Shown: positions 40,101 to 52,100 of the stretch, piece by piece
Layout of the letters: every line of letters begins with the position of its first letter
Numbering within the stretch: the stretch's first letter is position 1
Source of the DNA: Sphyrna mokarran
Lineage: Eukaryota
DNA length: 64,000 nt
Assembly: GCA_024679065.1 (NCBI GenBank)
Contig: JAGIQG010000009.1
Span: 69,936,001-70,000,000 of the forward strand
Direction of reading: 5' to 3'
Made by a program: the position numbers and the translations under genes
Notes under the pieces: generated by a model
What the model was told of the DNA's origin: nothing
The model's input: the letters and a program-made list of their open reading frames with translations, nothing else
Database searches by the model: none

Positions 40101-43100
40101 CACTTGAGACTGGATCACCTGTCGACGGCAGAATTAATTGCTCTGTAGTTTGCGGCATGATGTAATTGAGGGCATTTGAATCACAAATTCTGTTTGTAAT
40201 CTTGTTAGAAGGTCTGTTTCTGATTGCCCTCACGATGGTGGCAAGCCATTCTCTTGACAATTGCCAGATCATTGAAGAAGGCAGTTGAGTTAACTATATT
40301 GCTATGGATCTGAGTCACGCGTAGGGCAGACAAGGTAAGAATAACCAATTTTCTACCCTCAAGGACATTTGTGAATAAGATGGGTTTTTACAACAATCTG
40401 GTAGTTTCATGCTTATTGATTTGAATTTAAATCCCTAGTTTCTGTGGTAGGATTCAAATTCATTTATTATAATGCAGCAGGTGCCACAGGCAAAGAGTTG
40501 GAGAGAAAGTAAAACCACATCTTCTTTTACAGTTCTAGTTGTCATAAAGCAGGCAAGTTTAAAAGGTCCAGCCACATTGGAAAAGCCATGGAGAAGGTAA
40601 GTTTGTAAGACAAGTGGGTAGAACTGGGGAGCAGCAGGATGGGGTTGGGTTGTCAATGGTGGGGCTTAGAGTGAATTTTGTATAGTTATCCAGAAGTTAG
40701 TAGTAGTTTAATTCTGACCTGTTCTGGATTATGATTATAAGACAGTTTGCTATGTATATTGTACTTTTGAATGGCTTCCATTGCAGGGCAATTATGGTTT
40801 GAAATTTTTACCTAGGATTTCTGGGTGGGGCTGGTGCGGGGTGGGGTGGTGTGCAGTGAAATTCTCCAGCAGACAGTTATGAATCTGTGGTATTTCCTAC
40901 GCAGTAAAGCAGTTGGGGCTACCTTGTTGAATGTTCATCTTAAAGCAAGCATAGATAAATTTTTGAGCAGTAAAGGAATTAAGGATTATTGGAAGGTGGA
41001 GCTGAGCCCACAAAACATCTACCATGATTTTATTGAATGGCAGCTCAGGCTCAAATGATCTACTGCTGCTCCTTTTCCAATGTGCTTATGGGTCAGGGTG
41101 CCTGACAGATTAGTCCTAACAAAAATACTACACAGTCCTCTTCGAATACAGAAGACAAATGCTTTGACTACCTCCAAAATTGATTAGGAATTAAATAACA
41201 ACCCATGCTTGATTATTTTTTATCCTGTACACAATGAAGCACATGGGATAATTTGGCATTTCAATATTTATAATGTAACTGATCACTTGGTAAATTGAAG
41301 AAATTAAGCAGATAAATATGGATGATCATGAGCACAAACGTTAGAAGAGTTTGCTGAAATTTTGATTGAAAATGAAGCTTTTCAGAACATTCCTCAAGTT
41401 AGAGAGAAGGAGAGAGTAACAAGTCAAGGATGAGGTACAAAGTTGGACTTAAGGCTAGTCAAAAGGCAGGGTGTTGGATGTATCTCATCAAATGGAAAGA
41501 TTAAAGATTGCAAGGACACTGGGACTAAGTTGATGTGGGACACAAGATGCTGCAAAAGAGCAAGTGGTCTTGGTGATGGAGTACATGTAAGATATAGATT
41601 GAGATAAAACAGAAAGCAAAGTTTTTCCACTGTCCAGTTCAGTCTAAGCAAAGGAGGGAGCTTTTGGCAATAGAGAGAAACAATGGCTTCTTGATACTCA
41701 AGTGATGGTAAATGTGCCAGGATGTTTTATTGTATGTACAGATGACATTGGAGTGCCTTAATAGTTTTTAAAACAGCACAAGACAGACTGTACACTTGCT
41801 GCAATCTACAAATTATGAATTTTGGGATTATAACTTCTTTTTGACTACTATGTTGACTATTCAGCCCAATTATTCAACTGAAAATATGCAGGAAAATATA
41901 CAGGAAGAAGCAAAATCACGTTTAGGCCTCCTGCATGTCATTTATAGGCCAGTCAGCTTAATCAAGTGAAAAATAACTTTGGAAGCACTTCATGATAAAA
42001 TCTATATCTAATTTGGGGTGTACAGTCCCCCAGAGATGGACAAATGCTTTATAAGATCATCATTTTCTTCCAAACACATGTATCAGTGTTGATTGTTACA
42101 ATATTAGCATAGATTTACTATCTCCCATCCTATTGGACACTAATTCAAATCAAAGAAGACATGTTTGAAAGGGAGTGCCTGAAAGTGAGGAAACAAAAAT
42201 GCTCTTCCCGGAGCCAAGCACTAAAAACAGGCACAGTGGTGAAAAGGGTAAAAGGAGAAGAGTGCAGCTGCAATTCCCAGAAGTGCAACAACATGTGTGC
42301 TCGAGCTGAATCATGTTCTTTTAGAAAAGGGAAAATCAATTCAGATGAACTGAATTTTTGTTACATTGCCAAAATCTAGCAAGTCAATAGCCACATCAAC
42401 TTTGTACAACCAGAGCATGGCATTGCAAAATCATGTCAAACACATACAAAAACAGGCAATCCTGTCAAACTGCTCAATTTGACTGATTGCATTTTGGTCC
42501 TCAGATACCGAGAGTTAGGTATTGCAAGCCATATCCAAAACATGGTGAGTGTACATTCCTAGTTGGGCTTGTTTTTGCTGCTGTAGGATTCTAATATACT
42601 TTGATGTCTACGAGAACTTTCAAAAATATCCTGGCAAAATCATTGACAATCATCCAGTATTCTTGATAAGCACATCAGAGAAAAGGAGTGGTTATTCAAC
42701 TGGTCTTAGCTGTCAATGGGAGGAAGGTAAGGAAGCGATACCAAGAGTTTAGGTCAAATATGTTCCTCAAAAATGTGGACTCACAAATCCAGAGCCACTG
42801 GCTGTCAAGAGGCTTAGGAGAAGAAAGAAAAAGAAGCTTATGACAGATACCAAGGGCTCAGTGCTATGAAGAATCTCAGAGGAGTAAAAAAAAGGGTGTA
42901 GAGGTTACATTAAAAAGAAATTAGGAAAGTAAAGAGAGGGCATCAAGATATTGGCAAATAAAGAAACCCAAAGACTTTTTCAGAATACATTAAGAACTAG
43001 TGCAGATAAAGAGCAGGATTCACTGGGAACCACAAGGGTGTGGAATAGTAGGGGTGGATATTCCTATGGTTCTAATAATTGTGGCTGGGTTTGGGAACTT

Positions 43101-46100
43101 ACTGGTATTGACAAGAGATCCTCTAACTACTTGGACGTACACTTATCAAAATTACGGATCGAGAGATTAGACTGACGGCTACTAATCAGCCAGTATGAAC
43201 ACAATGGGACGAGTGGCCCCTTCATCACTGTAAATTTCTATGTGTTAATATTTCAGTAACTCAGTATTCCTGGAGTATGTGGCTCTCTTAAAACAAAGTA
43301 AAAGCACAATGTTTCCAGATGCTGTGATTGGTGTCTGTTTTGACACAAACGATATGAAATTAGATCATTACAGTTTGAAATATTCAACAAATAAAGCAAT
43401 CGGATTGCAAATATGCCCCAGTTCTCATGCAACAACTAATCCTTATTATAGAGGACAAACAAGAAAAACAGGTAATAATTTAACAAGTAAATACTTAGGG
43501 GAGCCAAACAAATCTGTAAGTCTTCCACTTTGGGTTGTAATTACATGCCCTCAGTGTACAAAGCAAAAACATCATTGGCATAAGTCTCACTTTATACTTC
43601 AAGTTCAAATTTCTAAGATATACTTAGGTTGTATTCTTGGCAGCATATCCACATTAAACGTTTATTTAAAAAGTTAGCATCCGACAGGCTTTGAATGCTT
43701 AAGCCAAGCCAGACCACCTAGTACACTCATTGCTTCATTGGTTGACAACATTCACATGCAGTCAATCAGCAGTTTAATTCATTGTAGATACTATTTATTA
43801 CTTATTTTGAAGCATTGAACAGCTCACTAAAATAGATCCATTGGGCCACATGCAACATCTTACCTTCATCAGCAGGTCTAAATTTGTCATACAGTTATTT
43901 TCATTGGAGGATATATCCAAAAGCTCATGAAACATTGAAGTACTGTGCCTAGTCAAGAGAATAAGACAAATTACTCATGAGGGAATAGAAGGAGATTAAC
44001 TAATGGCTGCTAAGGACTCCGACATTGACAAACAGGTAACATAGACAATGGAGGATGATGAGCATTTTGGAAATTTTAGAGAATTTAATGTTAATTCAGA
44101 CTTGCGATTGTTGAATTGGATTAGCTATCCTTTGGCAAATATTATTGGCAGCAAGAGAAACTGTCAAGAAAACCAAAAACAGGATTAAATTGTCTGCAGC
44201 ACTGAGATAAAAATTACAGGTGTATGCTCTCAAAGATTTATTACACTTCCTCAGGAGATAAAGGACTGTTTTTTCTATACTTCCAGTATCCTATATGAAA
44301 TCAAAAAAGAGAAAAATGCTGGAAAATCTCAGCAGGTCTGGCAGCATCTGTAAGGGGAGAAAAGAGCTGACGCTTTGAGCCCAGATGACTCTTTGAATGT
44401 TCAGCTCTTTTCAGATTCCAGCACCCACAGTAATTTGCTTTTATCCACCATCTTATATGGCTGGCACAGCATCATTTTGGGAGAATAGTGGCAGGTTATA
44501 TCTAAGAGCAGATCAGTTTGGGAGCATAGTAATTTAAAGTTCAAGCTGAACAGCTTTATTAAGAATCAGAATTCCTACAGTGCAGAAGGAGGCCATTCAG
44601 CCCATGCAACCTGCATCAATAACAATCTAATCTAGCCCTAACCGCATGGATTTACCCTGCTAGTCCCTCTGGACACCAAGGAGAAAAACCATGCAGCCAC
44701 AGAATGTGCAAACTCCACAGTCACTCAAGGCTAAATTGAACCCAGGTCCCTGGCGCTAGCCAAAGGAAGAACAATTCTAGCAATTAGCCAATTGTTAGGA
44801 GTGCACAGCAAGTACCTCTGGTCATCTTATTGATGCACGTAAAACTCACTATCCAGTACTGTATGTTTATCAGAAATATTTCATAGCTACCGTGGAAAAG
44901 GAACTTACTTTGATACAAACGCCCAAGTCTTTTTCAACTTGAATATTTGAGTTGACTGCATTGCAGACACAATTGCATGCAGAGATGAAAAATTCTTCAA
45001 GATCTTACATTTCTGTTGGAAAACAAAAGAGTTCTGTGTAAGTAACAGCAGTTCCCATTTGCTGATAAGACAGAACCTGAAGTATCAACAGAAGCTCAGC
45101 TGTGAAAATAACAGCAGCAAAAACAGATTATGGAAAAAACATTGTCACACTTCACGCTCGTTACTCCCTTATTTTTCCTCTACCACAATCTCTTCAGCTG
45201 TGGTCAGATGGTGTGTTTGAGAGGAAGAGGGGGAAGGAGGGGAGCGGGAAGGGGAAGGGTGGAGGGAAGAGGGGAACGGGGAAGGGGGTAAGGGAGGGAG
45301 GGGAAGAGGGAGAGAAGGGAAGAGGAGAGGGGAAGTCTCTGCCCATTTTGTTAGGTTGATGAATTGGTGACAAATATTGTAACTTCTAACAAAGAGCAAA
45401 AAAAGGCTAGTGAAGGCAGCACAAGATAATCTTCTAAAGAAAAGCAGATAAATCAGAAAATTGAGTACATTTTTATTGGCTACATTTTGACTAAAATAAA
45501 ACTGTTGATATCCAAGTTAGCTGATCTCAACTAGGATAGCAGCAGCAGTGCCCACTATACACTTGACTCTACAAAAGGAGTCATGATGTAGAGATGCTGG
45601 CGTTGGACTGGGGTAAACTCAGTAAGAGACTGGCAACACCAATTTTAAATCCAACCGATTTATTTGATAGTAAATCTGCTAGCTTTTGGCCTTTGTAGCC
45701 TTCGTCAGGTGAATGAGATGTTCTCATTTGCCTGACAAAGGCGACAAAAGGCCTAGATTAGATTGTTATTGATGCAGGTTGCATGGGCTGAATGGCCTCC
45801 TTCTGCACTGTAGGATTTACTTTCAAATAAATCGGTTGGATTTAAAATTGGTGTTGCCAGACTCTTACTGAGTCTACAAAAGGAAGCAGGAGAAATTAAA
45901 TCAGTCATAATTCCCACTCCCGAGGGCAGGAAACAGTTTCTGGGATTGTTGCCAGGTTCCAAAACCAGCCTGGTTGAGAGGTTGGGTAAGAGTTAGTAAA
46001 AATGTCATTGATGTGTGATTTTTATGGAAGCAGCCACTTGAAAAAGACATGGAGTCAGGGATCCCAGGCAGGCATTCAAACCTAGAGGGGCATCAGCCTT

Positions 46101-49100
46101 CCAGCTCAAGGAGGACAGCCAGCTGCTGCCAAGGAGAAGTAATCGAGGATGTTTCAAAATGAAAAAAAAATCTGATTTCATTTTAGATAAAGCAGCAAAG
46201 GCCACCAACAGGATGGGACTACCTCTACAGGGTGGCCTTTGGTTCTGCCTGTACCCAATTAGGCAGGGAGGACGTGTCAACCTATCTGGAGTTTTGATAC
46301 ATGCGACACTGCCACAGGGTGTCTACCAGGCTGCAGCCAATTGAACTGCACCTGTCATGTTATGGAACTGGAGACCAAATGGAAAATCTCATTCAACCTC
46401 CTGTCAATGATCCTAAAAAGCGCAACCAAGGTGGGCATCCTTGTTGAGCCTCAAACCTATCTTCCCCAAAATGAGCAGGAAGACAGAACACCAAACTGGC
46501 ACTGATAACTTTAGACCCAGTCTGCCTCTATTGCTGACCTAAAAGAGAACCTGCTCCCAATCTCTTTCAATCCCCCCATCCCCTGTCTCTGCATGAGATG
46601 AACAGCCAATTTGATAAGATGCTGAAGGGAAGTCACTTGGGCATGGGGTCATTCACCAGCAAGAATCGACGGAAAGGAAGAATAAAATATAAACATTAAT
46701 TACAGCCAGAAGTGGGAGGGATGCAACGGACAAACTGTAATACCCGACTTCATTGCAGAAATGCAGTTAATAACCTGAAATCAGTTTGCATTGTTCCTTC
46801 ACGTGATTTGTTAGTATTCAAATGCAAACATTAGCAGAGGCATGATCTGTTAGCTACATAACACCAACCTCTTCCTCTTCAGACATCCTGCAGCTTTATT
46901 AACTGTTTGATTTCCTTGAGAAAACATAAAGCCCAGGTTGAAAGCTGGGCAGAGGTCTTGACCCAGAGCTCAACCAACAGTGTCTTTAGATCTTTAAAAA
47001 CACAGGGCAGTCACATGGCTGCCACACATTTCATATAATTAAATGATGCCCGACTGTGATATGACTACGGGATCTTTAATGCACGGGAGCTGGCAAAACA
47101 GCTTCTGTAATAGGCACTGCAAATTACGAAGGGGCTGCTTATCCAGCTTACTCTCTTATTTGCGGCCAAAGGATACAATGTTTAGCACATACTGGGTTTT
47201 TGTTTACAAAAGCAAATTATACTGATTTCAGCTTTCAGACTCACTGTGGAAATTATGATTGCCATGATGCAACATTCTACAGAAGCAATCAACTTTTCTT
47301 CCTCAGAAACCTACCTCACTGCCTCACCCACTATCCATGAGGTTTTCTGTACTTGTTAACATTCAACCCAAATTGCTTGCATGCTGCTTTCCACATCCTT
47401 GTGGGATTTTGTTTTTTGCATAGAGATCAATAAACAGTGTCATACCTGAGCAATGTGAATCCACTTGTCAATTATTTTAGCCCTCTGCTGTGGTTTCAAC
47501 TGGAGATCCTTTAATATGGTACTGATGACACACTTAGTGACGAGATTGAATTGAGTGATGGTAGCCTGGACTGTAGGTGCTGGATGTTTGTTTTCCTTGT
47601 TATCTCTTCGGGACCAGATGTATCCCAGGCAATGATGGGGGACCACCTTTTTGAACAGGTACTGATCAAAAATAAAAATGAATAACTAAAGATGTTTTTA
47701 TTACCATGGACCTTTAGAATACTGAAGTGCAAACAAAACTTGTCCAGATAAAAGTCAACCAGCTTCACTGCTTTGTATATTTAAAACTAAAATACAAAGG
47801 TTAAACAGTGACAATGTATAATTCTCACAAATACAGGAGTGCATTAGTGGAGTGAAACATTCAATATCTGTTCAGCTCCTGCTAACATTGGATGGTGTAT
47901 ATATAATGAGTGGCTGATCAATACCACACAATTTGCACAACTACCTGAGACAAATTTCTACCCCATAAGTGAGTGACAGATTATTTTTGACCAGATTATC
48001 TACTTTACAAAAGCCTCTCATACACCAATTAAAATATTTGGTAACACTTAATGAGATCTTCAAATTAAAAGGTGAAAGTGAACCACAACAGCTACAACTA
48101 TATTACTCAGTCATATGGAGATGGGATTCAAGACATAGTCAGAAACAAGGGGCAAAGTTAGGATGGTTACCAAAATCTTAGTCAAAGATTTATGTTTTAA
48201 GAAAGGCCATAGCAGGAAGAGACAGAAAAGATTTGGGGAGGAAATGCAAGCATGGAATATAGGCAGAAAATATTAGAGTTGGACTTGTGCTAATAGGATA
48301 CAGTGTTTTTAAATCAGAGATGATAACTGGGAAGGCATGCACCTCTAGTGCCAGCTGAAGATGGACTATGCCTTCATTCTCCCTCATGATGAATGCTGGG
48401 AAATTTATGGCTTGTTCACGCACAACTGAATGAACTGCCAGTCTAGCAATGCAAATGATAAGACAAAAGGTCAAGAAAAATGGCGGAGAGGTAGAGTTAG
48501 GCATTAAAGTACCTGTAGAACTGACTCCCATGTCTGCTGATTATATTGCCAAAGAGGCAGCATGTAGTTGAAGTAGGTGAGTGGGTTCAGGTTACTAAAG
48601 CAGCATGTACTTTATTACTTGGATCCAGTAATGTTTAGAGAGGAAGATAGCTGATGTGGACTAAAGGAATATATTTATAGAATGTTTCAATGTTAAAAAG
48701 CTGCCCTCTTCCAATATTCTAAAAATTAAGATGTCCTGCATAGACTAAGCATTTCAATTAAACAAATTTCTAAAACATTTTATTTTGAAACAACCATAGG
48801 TTGCAATTTTAATGTAATTTGTCCAGATGGGATTGGGCAAAAGACTCATTTTACAGTCTATTTATACCCTCCATTAGTCTATGTTAAATTGGTCTCGTCA
48901 TAAATGATAACATTGAATACAGCAGTTAGGACTTGTACATGACATTGGTAAGGCCATACTTGGAATACTGTGTACAGTTCTGGTCACTCTATTATTATAG
49001 ATAGGATATTATTAAACTGGGAAAAGAATGACTAGGATGGTACTGGGACATTATGGTTTAATTTCAAGGAGAAGCTGGGACTTTGTTTACTTGGAACATG

Positions 49101-52100
49101 TGGGGCTTAGGATAATCTTAGCAGTTTATAAAATAGAAGGGCACAGATAAGACAGAGAGTCAATATCTCTTCCCAAAGTTGGGAAGTCTAAAACTAGAGG
49201 GCATTGGTTCATGGTGAGAAGGGAGAGATACAAATGGCTGCAGAGGGGCAATTTGCCTCCCTCTGCCCTCCACAGTTGGTGGGCACCTGGAAAAAGCTGT
49301 CAGAGGTAGTTACATGGATAAGAATGGTAGAGTGGGATATGGGCCAAACATGGGCAACTGGGACTAACTTAATGGTTAAAAACTGGGTGGCATGGACAAA
49401 TTGGGCTGAAGGGCCCGTTTCCATGCTCTAACTCTCTAGGATACTCAGGCAGACTGGTTGCACTTTGACTGCTATACACCATGAAAAGTTTGCCAAGCTT
49501 TTTCCATGCAAGCGAGACCTGTGTCAGTCTTTATCTGAAAACTAAAAAGGAAACTGCACTGGCCTGCTCATATTTGTTACTATTTTTATGCCAGCTGTGA
49601 ACATTGCAGTTTTAATCCTGCAATACTATTACACAATGGGCAGAAGTCTAACAGGAGATGTTAAAAATAAAGGGGTTTTCAGTCACCCCAAGGCTATTTG
49701 TTTCACATGACTTTCACCTTCAGAGAAACAAAGGCAGCTGTTGAAGTTTCATTGAAAGATATTCCAATCTTGTTACTGAAGTCACATGTCAAACATGCTC
49801 TGGTGTCTTAGAACACTGCATTGTGTGTGAATTCAGTTATAGTGACTGCTAATGATATGAAGAGAGATTGGATCATTGACTACCGTCCAAAACATCACAC
49901 GCAGAGTAATGGGCAACTGGTCCTGACAGAAAGACCCTAAGTTCACGTTTACTCACAGCATCCATGTACGTCAGCTGTTCTGCAACAACGTCTGACGGAA
50001 AGGAGAGGATGTCCTGTTTCTTGTCAACTCCCCCTATCTCTACATCCCCTTCCTCTCCCAGTTGGAAAGTAATGTTTCCATAGTTACTATCTGTATAATT
50101 GAAAGGAGACATTTATTTTGTGCCCAAAGTTCATGGCACTTAACTCAAGTTTCTAAAAACAATACACTTCTCAAATATGCATAATTAGAAAACTGGTCTA
50201 AAATATTCTTACAGCTGTATTTTTTAAAATCTAGATTCAGTGAAATTAATCTTGAACAATGTTATAATCAAAGTCTCTTAATGGAGAGCACTTGAGCAGC
50301 AAGAAAATATTTATTAATGTGTTCCCATTAAGCAGTCCTGATAGATGGGAAGCTAATCTGTGTCTGAGTAAATCTTCCACCGCACTTAGTATGTTCTTAT
50401 TTCATAGAGCAAGTCACAGAATGGAACAAAGATACCATTGATAGCAACAGCTACAAGAAATTGCCAATAGGCCACAATAAATGCTGCCAGGCAAAAATCA
50501 GATCATACTGCATCTTCCTCTTAAAGTTACATTATGTATATCTGTGCTTGTGTATTCTATAATCATAGCGCCTCGAATTGTTAGTGTAAGGAGAGGGCAG
50601 GAAAAGATTGGGATTAGAAAAGGAGAGGGAAACATTTCAGAGTCCTTTCCAGAAGCACTGAAAGTTCTGGAAAAGCCTTTCCAATACTTTGGCATACAAA
50701 AGGTCAAGACTGAAATGGGACCACAACAGAAAAAAGACCCTCTTCCAGTCAATGTCAGCATAACACTCAACTCTGATTCATTTTTAAACAAGCTTAGCTT
50801 AATTATAAATTCAGAATACAGAAACAATTTCAAAAAATTGCAAAAGGAAACCCAAATGAACTTCAAAACCATTGGGCATAACTTTGCATGAACCTATGGT
50901 CAGCGAATGTTCTGAATTAGTTTATTTAAGAATGCCAGTAATGTGAAAAGCTATACACAATACATAACATATAAATAAACTAATTCACAACACCACATCA
51001 TTTGGAAATGATTCTTCCAACCTGGCAGAATACTCAATTGGAGTATGTGTGGGTAAAATGGTGTTGCTGTAACAACATGTATTGCATGTTGGAGATTATA
51101 ATTTGTCAATAGTGTTTTTTTTAAGATCTGGTAATGTTTAAAATATCATTGTACCAATTTCATTAATTCCATTACAATCCAGAGTATAATTAATCCATTT
51201 TATCTTTCAGAGCGACTCAAAACCTTTATCTTTTGAGTTACCATTCAGTTATAGAGTAGTTTAACTGGAAATTATCAAAGTATGTTTATGAAGATATTCC
51301 AAAGTGAAACACAGGTCAACCATTTGGCCAAAGGTGACGGTGCAAGTTCGAACTCTCAAATGGATCCATCTGCTGCAATCTCATTTCTGAACATTTCTCT
51401 ACCCACCAAATTGAAGTAATCCATGCACCAATGGTTTTCTAACTTCAGTGTTTAAACGTTGCACAAAAGGCTGACTGGAGTATTTCCAACACAACAAATA
51501 AAATTGATTCCTCTGAAAGGAGGTTCGAAGTGAAACTGGCTCTGGTGCCGATGTTAAAAAAACAAACACTAGAATGCTCAGCAGGACTGGCAGTATGTGG
51601 AGAGACTGTTTCAGATCAATGACTTATCATCATTGGAATTAAGATTTTTAAGGGAGGAACAAAAGGAAAGGGTGGCGAGGAGAAAGAAACAAAAGATTTA
51701 TCTTTGCAATACAAAAATTAATATCTTACAGTCAAGCTCCCGTTCTTCTGATTGTTCCTTCTCAAACCGATCAAGAAGGTTCTGCATCCGTTGCTCAAGC
51801 TCCGATCCTGGCATGGCCTGCTTCAAGTAGGCAATTATCTTCCGAATGCATGTGTAACTTGGAAGATGGCAGAAATCTTCTGAGTACAGGTCCAGCCAGT
51901 TTTGTAGAACTGAGACTATAGTACTGGAAATAATTATACAAATGAAGAATTAGTAACTGTCCATCAATGAAAACTAAGTTAGTAATCTTCAACTTTAACT
52001 TTGTAGATCAAAACTGTTTTTGAATGTATTCTTTCGATATGGGTCAGACCAGCATTTCTTTGTACCTCCCTAGTTAGCTGAGACCAAGTGGTGGTAAGCC

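Larger units (their letters stand above)
1..43826. repeat. giant inverted duplication: arms 1-21863 and 21964-43826
   Basis: Every ORF in 1-21863 has an identical opposite-strand twin with coordinate sum 43827; the window start tgagctgttcaatg is mirrored ending at 43826. Confidence 0.99.
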
